Shown here: piece by piece, positions 7,728 to 18,145 of the stretch
Layout of the letters: each line of letters starts with the position of its first letter
Numbering within the stretch: the first letter of the stretch is position 1
Origin: an uncultured Candidatus Actinomarina sp.
GTDB taxonomy: Bacteria; Actinomycetota; Acidimicrobiia; Actinomarinales; Actinomarinaceae
Length of the DNA stretch: 64,000 bases
Reading direction: 5' to 3'
Assembly (NCBI GenBank): GCA_902599555.1
Contig: CACKFQ010000003.1
Coordinates: forward strand, 64,607 to 128,606
The notes under the pieces: model-generated
Database searches by the model: none
Seen by the model: the letters and a program-made list of their open reading frames with translations, nothing else
What the model was told of the DNA's origin: nothing
Program-made: the position numbers and the translations under genes

Positions 7728-8723
7728 CTATCGAACAGCAACTATTCTTCCAACAGTTTTTCTGCTTCCAATCATGTCAAGATACTCGACAATTTCATCA
7801 AATTTAATAGTTTTAAAGACAGGTTCAATTTGTTGATTAGTGTATAAATCAAATATTAACTCCATCCTTGATTGAAGATATTTTTTATCATCATTTTCGA
7901 AACTGATCATGAAAACTCCCATAATTGAAATATTCTTAACAAGTAAATAGCTAAGCGGTTGGGTGGGAATATTTCCACTTGCAAAGCCTACTATCAGTGC
8001 TCGGCCTTCAGAACTGAGCAGACGTATTCCTTGTTCATATGGTTCGCCTCCAACTTGATCATAAAAAATATCCACTGGTCTTTTACCAAATTTTGCTTCC
8101 ACAGTTTCTTTTAAATCTTCCTCTTGATAATTTATTACTAAATCTGGTCGAAATTGTTTAACCAACTCTTTCTTTTTTTCAGAACCTACTGCGGCAATAA
8201 CTCTTGCACCAGATATCTTTGCAAGTTGAATAGCTGATAATCCCACTCCACCTGCTGCTGCATTCACTAATACCAATTCATTGGGTTTTATTTGAGCTCT
8301 TCTGTGTAGTGCAAAGTCTGAAGTAAGGTATGACATTAGAATTGCCGCACCTACTTCAAATGAAATATTTTCAGGAAGTTTATAAGTTAGATTTTCAGAC
8401 ACCACACAAACATCACCAAAACTTCCATGTCTTCCAGATCTAAATACAGTGGTCGCTGCTACAACCCTATCTCCTACTTCAAACTGACTATCTTCATGAC
8501 ACTCCTTTATGTAGCCTGCAACCTCAAAACCAGGTACAAATGGATGTTTTGGGTTAGATTGGTACAGCCCACTTGATAATAAAAGATCAGCATAATTTAA
8601 AGTTGCTGCTTTGGTTTCTATTATTAACTCTTTATCTTTGATTTTTGGGTAATCCATTGTTGTAAATTCAAGATCTGTGAATAAACCCATTTCTTTTTGA
8701 ACTAATGCTTTGTATTCATTCAT
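7728..8723 (-). CDS. NADPH:quinone oxidoreductase / zeta-crystallin-like MDR family
   Basis: PFVPGFEVAGYI, GDRV, and nucleotide fold VLVNAAAGGVGLSAIQLAK; no structural zinc Cys cluster. Confidence 0.8.
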   Translation of the reverse strand: MNEYKALVQKEMGLFTDLEFTTMDYPKIKDKELIIETKAATLNYADLLLSSGLYQSNPKHPFVPGFEVAGYIKECHEDSQFEVGDRVVAATTVFRSGRHGSFGDVCVVSENLTYKLPENISFEVGAAILMSYLTSDFALHRRAQIKPNELVLVNAAAGGVGLSAIQLAKISGARVIAAVGSEKKKELVKQFRPDLVINYQEEDLKETVEAKFGKRPVDIFYDQVGGEPYEQGIRLLSSEGRALIVGFASGNIPTQPLSYLLVKNISIMGVFMISFENDDKKYLQSRMELIFDLYTNQQIEPVFKTIKFDEIVEYLDMIGSRKTVGRIVAVR

Positions 8724-8764
8724 ATCAATATCATAAAAGAATTTATTAATGGTAGTCTTTTTTT

Positions 8765-9145
8765 ATGGAAGTAATTATTAAATACATACACATGATTGGT
8801 TTGTCAGTCTGGCTTGGATCAATGATTCTTTGGGCAGTATTTGCACCTCAGCTTTATAAAATCGATCCTTCGAAAAAAACTACAGATACTTTAAGAGGCT
8901 ATTTTAGTTCAGTCTCTTGGACATCATACTTTTTAGCATTAGTGTCCGGATTGACTCTTTACTTTTTAGAACAAAGCACAACTTCAAATTGGCTACTTGA
9001 AGTATCGCTTCTTGGGTTAGCTGGTGTTGTGATTGCATTACATAGCTATGCTACAAAACTTAGTGCTGCATTAAGAGGTGCTTTTAATGGGGTAATGTTA
9101 ATACTTGCTTTAGTTGTTGTGTACCTAGCAACTATATATATTTAA
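8765..9145 (+). CDS. hypothetical 4-TM membrane protein
   Basis: 126 aa, four hydrophobic segments; no recognisable catalytic motif. Confidence 0.5.
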   Translation: MEVIIKYIHMIGLSVWLGSMILWAVFAPQLYKIDPSKKTTDTLRGYFSSVSWTSYFLALVSGLTLYFLEQSTTSNWLLEVSLLGLAGVVIALHSYATKLSAALRGAFNGVMLILALVVVYLATIYI

Positions 9146-9687
9146 AAAGAATTAATTAAATCTAAGTCTTCTTCAGCAATAATTCCGTATCCTCGAGTAA
9201 GAATATTTTTACTATCTTTTTCAATCAAAAACCAATATATTGTTTCATTAGAGGGTATGTCTAAATTTGTTAAAAACTGGTCTAGGTCGACATAAGCAGT
9301 AATTGTTCTATCTCTGATTCTGTCATCTCTTATTCCAGCTCGCATAATTCCATCTAAATAAACTTCAAATAACTTAGAACTCTTTTGTACAGTTGGTACT
9401 TCAATAATGTTATGTGAATCACCAAATCCATTACTTTCTAGTAAAGATATTGACTCATCTACCAGAGGTTGGTGCCATTGTTGAAACGCTACGATAATAA
9501 TTAGATTTTTATCAACAAAATCATCTGGTACAACTTTATCTCTTTTATTTAAATCTCTTCCATTTATCTCTGGAAACTCTCCATATTCAACAGTCACTTC
9601 ATTCTCCTGTTCTGCTTGACAACTTACAGAAAAAAATAAAATTAATACAAGGAAGCTAGTCTTGAACCGGACCAAGGACTGCCTCAA
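9142..9687 (-). CDS. hypothetical secreted lipoprotein
   Basis: Signal peptide plus lipobox FLVLILFFSVSC. The soluble domain has no recognised motif. Overlaps both neighbours by a few nt. Confidence 0.55.
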   Translation of the reverse strand: MRQSLVRFKTSFLVLILFFSVSCQAEQENEVTVEYGEFPEINGRDLNKRDKVVPDDFVDKNLIIIVAFQQWHQPLVDESISLLESNGFGDSHNIIEVPTVQKSSKLFEVYLDGIMRAGIRDDRIRDRTITAYVDLDQFLTNLDIPSNETIYWFLIEKDSKNILTRGYGIIAEEDLDLINSF

Positions 9688-10093
9688 GATTTTTAATTTG
9701 TTTATCCATTAATTTGTTAAAAATAGGTCCTACAAAGATCCCCAATACAAAAAAAGGAAAATTGTATTTAATATCTACAGAGTAAGTAACTTCAGTACCT
9801 CTTGAATTTGCTGATAAAAAAATAGTGTCAACAATTGTAAATATAGAAGTACTCGCTTGTAATGAGACTCTTAACGGTGGACCCCATTCAATAATTTCAT
9901 AGTTATATTCTCTTGGCTTATTGTTGAAATGTGTTTTTACTTTGAAAACTGAACCTTGTCTTAAAGGTTCTTTTGTAATAAGCTCGCCTTCATCACCTTC
10001 AGCCCATTTTTCTAAATTTCTAAAATCTGACAAAAAACCAAAAGCTGAATCAATATCTGAGCTGACTGTTACTGTTCTTGAAAAATTTGGCAT
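9656..10093 (-). CDS. SRPBCC (START/polyketide-cyclase-like) family protein
   Basis: 145 aa; N-terminus RTVTVSSDIDSAFGFLSDFRNLEKW is typical of SRPBCC ligand-binding proteins. Confidence 0.6.
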   Translation of the reverse strand: MPNFSRTVTVSSDIDSAFGFLSDFRNLEKWAEGDEGELITKEPLRQGSVFKVKTHFNNKPREYNYEIIEWGPPLRVSLQASTSIFTIVDTIFLSANSRGTEVTYSVDIKYNFPFFVLGIFVGPIFNKLMDKQIKNLEAVLGPVQD

Positions 10094-10133
10094 ACGTTTA
10101 TATTAAATAAATTAAATTTTTGTTGGGAATTGT

Positions 10134-10958
10134 TTATCTAAGATTTAAAGATCTATTTCTAAAACCTATAAATCCTATTACCAAAAATAATGCTATTTTT
10201 CCTATCACGAGCAATAAGTCTTCAGCAAATAATCCATCTTGATAAGGGTTTCCATATGCTCCAAAAGATGAGAGATTGTCATCAAACCATTCAAAGAATT
10301 CATTTGTTCCAGCTAGAGAGTTGGTTAAATATTCGAATGCCATTAAACCCCCACCAAAAGCCCAAGCCATTGAAGATTTTCCAGTAAATGCTCCAAGAGC
10401 AAATCCTAGAGCACCAAAAGTAACACCAGCTAGAGCAGCTTGAAGTGTTGCTTTCATAAGTGGTACATAATCAAGCGTTTGACTAAGTTCCATAGTTGCA
10501 ATTGGAATAAACATAATATTTGTCCATGCAAAAGTTACAAATAAACCAAATAGAATAGCAACAATTGATTGTGTTAAATACACAGAAGTTCTGGTCATCG
10601 GTAGAGCAGCAACAAATTCGAAAGTTCCATCTTCTTCTGCTTTCGATCCTAATTTATTTAAAAGAATTATTGTGGCTGTACCAATTAAAAGAGGAACAAA
10701 AGGAACTAAAAAATAAGTTGTTACCATTCCTTCTAATGTAAATACATTATCCCAATCCGAAATTCCCAATAAATTCATCATTGTTTCATTTTCTGACATT
10801 CCTCTGAAAGCTTCTCTTTGTGTGTCAATAAGCAAACTTTCTACACTTGAATTTGCAAAAGCTAGTGGAAGTATTAATAAGTAAACCCCACCAGAAATTG
10901 CCCAATTTAAAATAAATTTTCTTGGTACTGTAATCATGTATTTAAAGTAGTTAAACAT
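10134..10958 (-). CDS. ABC-2 type exporter permease
   Basis: 274 aa, 6 TM segments, stop/start abutting the ATPase gene (ATG at 10958). Confidence 0.7.
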   Translation of the reverse strand: MFNYFKYMITVPRKFILNWAISGGVYLLILPLAFANSSVESLLIDTQREAFRGMSENETMMNLLGISDWDNVFTLEGMVTTYFLVPFVPLLIGTATIILLNKLGSKAEEDGTFEFVAALPMTRTSVYLTQSIVAILFGLFVTFAWTNIMFIPIATMELSQTLDYVPLMKATLQAALAGVTFGALGFALGAFTGKSSMAWAFGGGLMAFEYLTNSLAGTNEFFEWFDDNLSSFGAYGNPYQDGLFAEDLLLVIGKIALFLVIGFIGFRNRSLNLR

Positions 10959-11671
10959 TATTCCTCATTTCTATCATAAAACGTGAAAAAAGCATCTTCT
11001 AAATCTTGACCTTCTTCTTTTGCTTTATTTAAAAATGTCTCATATGTTTCATCATATACTTTTACACCTTCTCTTAAAACAGCCATCGAGTCGGCAACTT
11101 TTTCAACCTCAGAAATAATGTGTGATGATAAAAGTATTGCAGCACCATTATTAGCAAATTCTTTTACTATTTCAAAAAAAGTTCTTTGATGAAATGGGTC
11201 TAGGCCTGAAGTTGGTTCATCTAAAATTAATGCCTTTGGCTTATGCAGTACTGCTAGTATCAAGGCAACTTTTTGTCTATTACCTTTAGATAATTCTTTT
11301 AGGGTTTGGTCAACTTCTAATTCAAACTTTTCTGCTAACTCCATTGCATAGTTAGTTGATTGACCTCTCATGTCTGCACCAAGTTTAAATAGTGAATTAG
11401 AATTTAAATTTTGTGGTAGTTGAGGATCTCCAGGTAAATATCCGATGATTTTTTTTGCCTCAACAGGGTTTTCAATTGTATTAATTCCCTCGACTGAGAG
11501 TGTGCCTTGCGAAGGAATTAAAAACCCCATAAGGCTTCTCATTGTTGTAGATTTTCCAGCCCCATTAGGACCAAGAAGCCCTTTAACCTCGCCATTATTA
11601 ACAGAAATGTTGATGTCTCCAACACCTTTTCCATTTTTGTATCTCATAGTGAGATTTTGAATTTCAATCAC
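10958..11671 (-). CDS. ABC exporter ATP-binding protein
   Basis: Walker A GPNGAGKST, signature LSKGNRQKVALILA, Walker B LILDEPTSGLD; GTG start. Confidence 0.88.
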   Translation of the reverse strand: MIEIQNLTMRYKNGKGVGDINISVNNGEVKGLLGPNGAGKSTTMRSLMGFLIPSQGTLSVEGINTIENPVEAKKIIGYLPGDPQLPQNLNSNSLFKLGADMRGQSTNYAMELAEKFELEVDQTLKELSKGNRQKVALILAVLHKPKALILDEPTSGLDPFHQRTFFEIVKEFANNGAAILLSSHIISEVEKVADSMAVLREGVKVYDETYETFLNKAKEEGQDLEDAFFTFYDRNEE

Positions 11672-11707
11672 AAAATAATCTTAAATCAAAAATTGATAAA
11701 TTAAAAA

Positions 11708-11842
11708 CTACTCTTCAGTATTTTCGTTTTTTTGTTTATTCCTTAACCAGGTCAATAGTAAAGCAGGTACTAGAAACATCAACATTTCATCCCAACCACC
11801 CTGATGATTTAGTGCAGGTGGTGGAATTATTTTGGTGTACAT
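11708..11842 (-). CDS. candidate 44-aa single-TM small protein translationally coupled to nuoN
   Basis: Below the ORF-track length cutoff. The ATG overlaps the nuoN TAA (TAATG), and GAAGG lies 9 nt upstream. Product is MYTKIIPPPALNHQGGWDEMLMFLVPALLLTWLRNKQKNENTEE, one hydrophobic helix plus a basic/acidic tail. Confidence 0.4.
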   Translation of the reverse strand: MYTKIIPPPALNHQGGWDEMLMFLVPALLLTWLRNKQKNENTEE

Positions 11843-13314
11843 TAGAGATAACCTTCGACCATCCAGCGAGTTATGTTAACAAGGGTGTCTGGAAGTAATC
11901 CAAAATATATTGTTAAAGCAGCCAACAAACCTAGCAGTAGTTTGTCTGAGTTTTTAACCTGTATTTTTTCAACTACATTTTCTGTTTTCTCAACTGCTGC
12001 TACCCAAATTGGTCGTAAGTAAAAATAAAATCCCGCAACTGTAGTCAGCATTAAGACTGTTACCAATATATATCTCTCATATGACCAAAGATTGGTAATA
12101 AGGATAAATTTCGAGACGAATCCACTTGTTAATGGTAATCCTGCAAGGCCAAGCATGAATATTGAAAATGTAATTGTTATAAATTTATTTTCCTTAAATA
12201 ACCCTGAGATATTTGAGATTTGAAAGTCCGAACTCAATTGACCGCTTATTATTGAAAAAACTGTAAAGATTCCAATTAATTGGATAATGTAAGTTATTAA
12301 ATAAAACGTTGATGCACTTATTCCATAAACTCCTGAAGATATGCCAGAAAGTATAAAGCCTGATTGAATAACTCCACTATAAGCAATTAGTCTTTTCAAA
12401 TCAGTTTGGTTTGCAGCAAATAAAGCGCCAGCGAGTACTGACAAGATTACAACCGCACCAAAAAATAAATCAAATTGATCAATAATGAATGTTAAAGAGA
12501 CTGCAACAAGTCTTGCAAGGACTATGAATGATGAAACCTTTGCAACAGTTGCCATATATCCTACATATCCAGTAGGAGAACCCTGGTATACGTCTGGTGC
12601 CCATGCTTGAAAAGGTGCAGCTGCAACTTTAAATAGTAATCCAACAATTATCAATATCAATCCAATAAATGTTGTTAGTGGAACATTATCTGGTCCTATG
12701 AAACTAATTGCAATACTAGTTTCATATACACCAATTATTGATAGTGAGACATAAATTAGCGCAATACCATATACAAATATACACGAAGCAAGTGAACCAA
12801 GTAAGAAATATTTCAAAGCTGCTTCATTACTTAATTGATCTCCTCTGTTAAGTCCAGCTAAAGCATATAAACTAATTGAACCAATTTCTAAACCTATGAA
12901 TAACATTATGAAGTTCTCAGCATCAATCATTAATAAAAATCCAGATGCAGACATTAAAATTAGTATTAAAGCTTCAGTAGTTTTGTCTTCTATTAATTCT
13001 GAAGTTTTCCAGAAAGAATTAAAAGTAAAAAGCAAAACCATTCCAACTAGTACGTTTCCGACAAGGGCAAACTCATCAAGAAGAATTTTTTCTGTGAAAT
13101 AAGAAGAGACACCATCAGTTAGAAACAAACCGAACTTTAAAAATATTGTAAATAAAGTTAGCAAGATTCCAACAAACGATACATATTTTTTTACGTACAT
13201 TGGAGTTGAAATAGTAATTGTGCAAAATAATAAAACAATAACTGTCAGCAATAGTGCCAATGTAGGTGCAATGACTACGTAATTTATTCCTAATATCTCA
13301 GAAACTGTTGTCAT
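11842..13314 (-). CDS. nuoN: NADH-quinone oxidoreductase subunit N
   Basis: 490-aa antiporter-like subunit with about 14 TM segments, last of the nuo string, 4-nt overlap with nuoM. Confidence 0.9.
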   Translation of the reverse strand: MTTVSEILGINYVVIAPTLALLLTVIVLLFCTITISTPMYVKKYVSFVGILLTLFTIFLKFGLFLTDGVSSYFTEKILLDEFALVGNVLVGMVLLFTFNSFWKTSELIEDKTTEALILILMSASGFLLMIDAENFIMLFIGLEIGSISLYALAGLNRGDQLSNEAALKYFLLGSLASCIFVYGIALIYVSLSIIGVYETSIAISFIGPDNVPLTTFIGLILIIVGLLFKVAAAPFQAWAPDVYQGSPTGYVGYMATVAKVSSFIVLARLVAVSLTFIIDQFDLFFGAVVILSVLAGALFAANQTDLKRLIAYSGVIQSGFILSGISSGVYGISASTFYLITYIIQLIGIFTVFSIISGQLSSDFQISNISGLFKENKFITITFSIFMLGLAGLPLTSGFVSKFILITNLWSYERYILVTVLMLTTVAGFYFYLRPIWVAAVEKTENVVEKIQVKNSDKLLLGLLAALTIYFGLLPDTLVNITRWMVEGYL

Positions 13315-14798
13315 TTTAGGTCCTTAAACATTGCTATAGTATCACTCAAAAAACTTGCCTCCTGAATTACAAAACTCTCAATATAGTTTGGATAAATTCC
13401 AATAAATAACATTAATAAAACTAGTGGAGCTATTGACGCTGTTTCACGGGAATTGAGATCACTTAAGCTTTCATTTTCTTCATATTTAATAGGTCCAGTA
13501 AACATTCTTTGATATGCCCATAACATATATATTGCAGCTAAAACTACACCAAATGCTGCAAAGGATGTCAGAATTTTGTAGCTGTTAAAGCTTCCCATAA
13601 GAATCATGAACTCTCCGACAAAACCATTTAAACCAGGAAGGCCTATCGAGGCGAATGATGTAAATAGAAATATTGCTGCATACCTTGGCATAGATATCTT
13701 GACTCCGCCAAAATCACTAATTTTTCGAGTATGTCTTCTTTCGTATATAAATCCAACCAGCATAAACAAAGCACCTGCAGTGATACCGTGATTTATCATT
13801 TGTATGATTGCTCCCTCAATACTTAAAAATCCACCAGCTGAAATTCCAAGCATAACAAATCCCATATGACTAACTGAAGAATAAGCAATCAGCTTTTTGA
13901 TATCGATCTGAGCAATGGCAACAATAGCACCATAAATAATTCCAATAACAGACAAGATTGCAATCAGATTTTTGTAAGCTAAAAAACCTTCTGTAAAAAA
14001 TGGTATGGAAACTCTTAGTATTCCATAGGCACCAACTTTTAGAAGAACTCCTGCCAACATTATACTTCCAGCAGTTGGAGCTTCTACGTGTGCATCCGGC
14101 AACCAAGTATGCAGTGGAAATATAGGCACTTTAATTAAAAAGCCAAATGTAAATAATAAAAATAAAGTTTTTGACTGTGACTCAAGCAAACTTAATGAAG
14201 ACAATGTTTCAAAATCTACAGCAAGCCTACCATTAACTCCAAAGCTTAAAACTGCTGTATAAACTGTTCCAATAAAAATAAATACCGAACCAAAAACAGT
14301 GTACAGAATGAACTTTATAGTTGCGTATCTTCTATTCTCACCTCCCCATATTCCCATTAGGAAATACATAGGGATAAGTAAAGCCTCAAAAAATATAAAT
14401 AATGAAATTAAATCACCACTTATAAATACACCATTGATAGCAAAATGTAACATTAACAATGATCCAACAAATCCTTTGCTTTCAGAGTGATCTTTGCCAA
14501 TAGAAAGCAATGAAACAAATACTAATAATGAGCTAAGCAATAATAAAAGTGTTGACATTCCAGAGAGACCGAAATGTAGATTAATTCCGTAAGACTGTAT
14601 CCATTGAAAAGTTGATAAAATTGTAAATTCTGTTTTTGCATATTCACCAAATAGCAAATAAACACATTGAGTTAAGGTTATTAAAGAAAAGGCAATTCCA
14701 ATTGGTCTAAATGTCTCTTTTCTTGAATTCGGAATCAAAAAGATAAGTAATGCACTAAAAAGTGGAACTAACAACAAAGAGAACATAATCGAAATCAT
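13311..14798 (-). CDS. nuoM: NADH-quinone oxidoreductase subunit M
   Basis: 495 aa; WLPDAHVEAPTAGSIMLAGVLLK motif of antiporter-like subunits; position between L and N. Confidence 0.92.
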   Translation of the reverse strand: MISIMFSLLLVPLFSALLIFLIPNSRKETFRPIGIAFSLITLTQCVYLLFGEYAKTEFTILSTFQWIQSYGINLHFGLSGMSTLLLLLSSLLVFVSLLSIGKDHSESKGFVGSLLMLHFAINGVFISGDLISLFIFFEALLIPMYFLMGIWGGENRRYATIKFILYTVFGSVFIFIGTVYTAVLSFGVNGRLAVDFETLSSLSLLESQSKTLFLLFTFGFLIKVPIFPLHTWLPDAHVEAPTAGSIMLAGVLLKVGAYGILRVSIPFFTEGFLAYKNLIAILSVIGIIYGAIVAIAQIDIKKLIAYSSVSHMGFVMLGISAGGFLSIEGAIIQMINHGITAGALFMLVGFIYERRHTRKISDFGGVKISMPRYAAIFLFTSFASIGLPGLNGFVGEFMILMGSFNSYKILTSFAAFGVVLAAIYMLWAYQRMFTGPIKYEENESLSDLNSRETASIAPLVLLMLFIGIYPNYIESFVIQEASFLSDTIAMFKDLK

Positions 14799-16714
14799 CT
14801 TTGCACCAATGGTGTAGCAATAAACAATGCAATTAGAAGTAGTAAAAATAAACCAAAATAAACAACATAATTTCTCACTAAACCAGTTTGAGTTGTAGAT
14901 GTAATTTTTGAACTTTTATTAAATGCAGTTGATACAAAGTTAACAGATCCATCAATCAACATTCCATCAACAACAACTGCTACTTTACGACTAAGGTTCT
15001 TCATGCCGGAGACAAAGAAAAAATTACCGAATTTATTTAAATACAAAACATTTGAGGAAAGATTTTTAACTAGGTTAATAGGACTTTCAAGTTTAAATTT
15101 TTTCAAGTCAATTCTTTTATGAAGCTCCATTCCAAATAAAAGAAAAGCAATAATTAGTCCTGAGAAACCAGCACCAATAGAGAGTACTGCTAACACAACT
15201 AATGTAATGCCCTTTGGTAAATGCGTTACTTCAACATTCTCTAAAGTCACGTGTAAAACTTTTTCTAGACCATGAAAAAATGGTGTATTTATAAAACCAA
15301 TAAATATAGAAAATATACCTAAAAGAAGTAGGGGTCTCGTCATTGCTTTTGGTGCTTCAGCCACATCTGAGTGTTCAAAACCATTATCTTTTTCAAAAAT
15401 TAGCAACCAATGTCTTCCCATATAGAATGCTGTAAGAAAAGCCGCACCTAATGCTAAAGCCCAAAAAACATAATAAATACCTCCATTTACAAAAACGGAA
15501 GCAAGTATTTCATCTTTTGACCAAAAACCTGCAAGAGGAGGAATGCCTGATATTGCAAGAGTTCCTATTCCCATCATTGATGCAGTAATTGGCATCTTTT
15601 TTCTAAGTCCACCCATTTTTCTAATATCCTGTTCGTGGTGCATAGAGTGAATAACAGCACCAGCACCAAGAAACAAAAGTGCTTTAAAAAATGCATGAGT
15701 GACTAAATGAAAAATTGCAGCAACATAAGCCCCTGCTCCAATTGCAATAAACATAAATCCGAGCTGAGAAATTGTTGAATATGCCAATACCTTTTTGATA
15801 TCAAATTGATTTATGGCAGAAAATGCAGCAAGAAGTGCCGTTATAAGTCCAAAAATTATAATCAATAAGCTAGCTATTTTTGAGTGTTGTAATAAGGGAG
15901 ATATCCTAACAAGCATAAACACTCCTGCGGTAACCATTGTGGCTGCGTGAATAAGAGCGCTTGCAGGAGTTGGACCTTCCATGGCATCTGGAAGCCAACT
16001 AAAAAGTGGGAATTGAGCAGATTTACCAAAAGCACCTAGCAATAAAAAGAGGGATATTGCCGTAATAGTAGACTCCGCTATTCCAGAAGTATTTTGTAAA
16101 ATTTTATAAAAATCAAATGTATTAAAAGTATTTAAAATAATCATTAATCCAATTAAAAATCCAAAATCCCCAACTCTATTTATAACAAATGCTTTATTAC
16201 CGGCTTTTGCAGCAGCTGGTTTTTTAGACCAAAAGGAAATTAATAGATATGAACTCAAACCAACTAATTCCCAACCAAAGAACATCACTAAGAAGTTTGA
16301 TGACATGACTAGAAGTAGCATTGAAAAAACAAAAAAGTTAAAATACACAAAATAATTACAATGATTTTCGTCTTCTTCCATATAAGAAGTGGAAAAAAGT
16401 TGAATTACAAAAGATAGTCCAGTTACCAAAATCAGCATAATTCCAGATAGTCCATCAAGAGTAAAACCAATACTTATATCAGGATTAGAAATCCATTGAA
16501 ACAACTCAACGTTTACAGGTTTAAATTTATCAAGCGCTAAGGAGATGAATGAATAAGCGGCAATTGCAAATGACAAGAGCGCACTATTTAAAGTAAAAAA
16601 GTTAGTGATTAATTCATTAAATAATTTTTTGTTTAGAAAAAGGAAGATAGCAGTTAAAAAAGGTAGAAAGATTGGGAGAAGAAAAATTAATTCCAATTTA
16701 ACCTCTTGATACAT
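14795..16714 (-). CDS. nuoL: NADH-quinone oxidoreductase subunit L
   Basis: 639 aa; [22 protein letters not shown]; long C-terminal extension with terminal TM, characteristic of NuoL. Confidence 0.92.
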   Translation of the reverse strand: MYQEVKLELIFLLPIFLPFLTAIFLFLNKKLFNELITNFFTLNSALLSFAIAAYSFISLALDKFKPVNVELFQWISNPDISIGFTLDGLSGIMLILVTGLSFVIQLFSTSYMEEDENHCNYFVYFNFFVFSMLLLVMSSNFLVMFFGWELVGLSSYLLISFWSKKPAAAKAGNKAFVINRVGDFGFLIGLMIILNTFNTFDFYKILQNTSGIAESTITAISLFLLLGAFGKSAQFPLFSWLPDAMEGPTPASALIHAATMVTAGVFMLVRISPLLQHSKIASLLIIIFGLITALLAAFSAINQFDIKKVLAYSTISQLGFMFIAIGAGAYVAAIFHLVTHAFFKALLFLGAGAVIHSMHHEQDIRKMGGLRKKMPITASMMGIGTLAISGIPPLAGFWSKDEILASVFVNGGIYYVFWALALGAAFLTAFYMGRHWLLIFEKDNGFEHSDVAEAPKAMTRPLLLLGIFSIFIGFINTPFFHGLEKVLHVTLENVEVTHLPKGITLVVLAVLSIGAGFSGLIIAFLLFGMELHKRIDLKKFKLESPINLVKNLSSNVLYLNKFGNFFFVSGMKNLSRKVAVVVDGMLIDGSVNFVSTAFNKSSKITSTTQTGLVRNYVVYFGLFLLLLIALFIATPLVQR

Positions 16715-17006
16715 TCAATACATCTACTGATGCAGATGACTGCTTTCTAAATATAGAAACAATAATCGCAAGGCCAACTACTACTTCAGCTGCTGCTACT
16801 ACAAGAACAAAAAATACAAAGACTTGACCATCAACCTGTCCAAAATGTTTTGATGCAGAAATAAAAGTTAGGTTTACTGCGTTGAGCATTAATTCAATAC
16901 ACATAAACATAATGAGAGCATTTTTTCTAATCATCATTCCTAGAAACCCTATTGAAAAGAGAATCGCTGCAAGTGTAAGATACCAATCGGTAGTTACTTC
17001 AAGCAT
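16698..17006 (-). CDS. nuoK: NADH-quinone oxidoreductase subunit K
   Basis: [24 protein letters not shown] prefer the second ATG (17006, [10 protein letters not shown]...), which matches the usual ~100-aa length. The track start is 17030. Confidence 0.9.
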   Translation of the reverse strand: MLEVTTDWYLTLAAILFSIGFLGMMIRKNALIMFMCIELMLNAVNLTFISASKHFGQVDGQVFVFFVLVVAAAEVVVGLAIIVSIFRKQSSASVDVLNVSRG

Positions 17007-17526
17007 TACTATTTCGTTTCTTAGTATCATAAGCTAAAGCTATAGCAGCAGCAGTGGCAACAATAAGAAGTAAAGAAATGATTTCAAATGGAAATATCCA
17101 CTCTGTAAAAAGTGCGCCTGCAATTAATTGTGGTGTACCTTCTGCATCAAACTCAACAGGTGGGAACCAGAGATCCCACTTGAAGTCTGAACTTATTGCA
17201 ACATATGCTAAAAGGGAAATAAGAATTAAAAATACTCCACTCACTAGAAATGTTTGACCTTTAATAGAGTCAGTAGTTTGTTCTTTTTTATCTACCCCAA
17301 TCATCATTATTACAAACAAAAATAGAGTCATAACTGCTCCTGCATAAACTAACATTTGAACCATTGCAACAAAAGTTGCATTTAAAGTTATATAAATTAT
17401 TGCTAAGGAAACCAGTGTCATAACTAAACCCATAGCATTGTGTACAGGGTTTTTGGCAAATATAACAATGAGTGCGCCTATGATAATGAGACTTGCTGGA
17501 GCAAAGAATAAAAGCGCCTCAACCAA
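16999..17526 (-). CDS. nuoJ: NADH-quinone oxidoreductase subunit J
   Basis: 175 aa, 5 TM segments, [10 protein letters not shown]...[15 protein letters not shown]. Confidence 0.88.
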   Translation of the reverse strand: MVEALLFFAPASLIIIGALIVIFAKNPVHNAMGLVMTLVSLAIIYITLNATFVAMVQMLVYAGAVMTLFLFVIMMIGVDKKEQTTDSIKGQTFLVSGVFLILISLLAYVAISSDFKWDLWFPPVEFDAEGTPQLIAGALFTEWIFPFEIISLLLIVATAAAIALAYDTKKRNSNA

Positions 17527-17527
17527 C

Positions 17528-18142
17528 TTACTCTTCCTCCAATGTTTGTCCTTCTTCAGGAGGTTTCTTTCCTACTCCAAGTGAACCTGACCAATTTACA
17601 ACATTTTGAAAATTTGGATTTCCATTAGGAGAAGTTGCTCTCATCCATCCATCAGATGTATTCAAATCATCAAAATTAGTAAGCTTAGTTTGTTCCTCAT
17701 GGGTGTTAGGAGTTCCATCATCTTTTACAACTAATACCTCTTTATCAAATATTGCCTCGGACCTATTAGCAACACTCATCTCAAAAAGAGAAGTCATAGT
17801 GATTGCTTCAGTTGGGCAGGCTTCCACACATAATGCACAGTAAATACACCTGAGCATATTGATTTCATAAATAAATCCGTATCTCTCCCCTGGGCTTACA
17901 GGGTTCTCTTCTGGATTATCCTCTCCTCGAACATAAATGCATTGTGCTGGACAAACTCCTGCACACAACTCACAACCTATACACTTTTCCATGCCGTCTT
18001 CATATTTGTTTAAAACATGGCGACCGTGAAATCTTTGGGGCTTTTCTCTAAATTCTTTTGGATACTTGTCGGTAACTGATTTTCTAAATAATTCTTTGAA
18101 AGTTACTTTCAATCCTTTTATTAAACCAAAACTGTCACTCAT
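17528..18142 (-). CDS. nuoI: NADH-quinone oxidoreductase subunit I
   Basis: Two 4Fe-4S motifs, CIGCELCAGVCP and CIYCALCVEACP; about 50-aa C-terminal tail. Confidence 0.93.
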   Translation of the reverse strand: MSDSFGLIKGLKVTFKELFRKSVTDKYPKEFREKPQRFHGRHVLNKYEDGMEKCIGCELCAGVCPAQCIYVRGEDNPEENPVSPGERYGFIYEINMLRCIYCALCVEACPTEAITMTSLFEMSVANRSEAIFDKEVLVVKDDGTPNTHEEQTKLTNFDDLNTSDGWMRATSPNGNPNFQNVVNWSGSLGVGKKPPEEGQTLEEE

Positions 18143-18145
18143 AAC

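Noticed and set aside
17007-17030. Upstream ATG extensions suggested by the ORF track. Cases: nuoK at 17030, livF TTG at 32975, carD TTG at 39804, M20 hydrolase at 41705, livJ-like GTG at 30872 and iron SBP ATG at 5500.
   Set aside because: In each case a downstream start gives the canonical N-terminus or signal peptide, a better SD, and a shorter overlap with the upstream gene. The longer forms add non-conserved residues.
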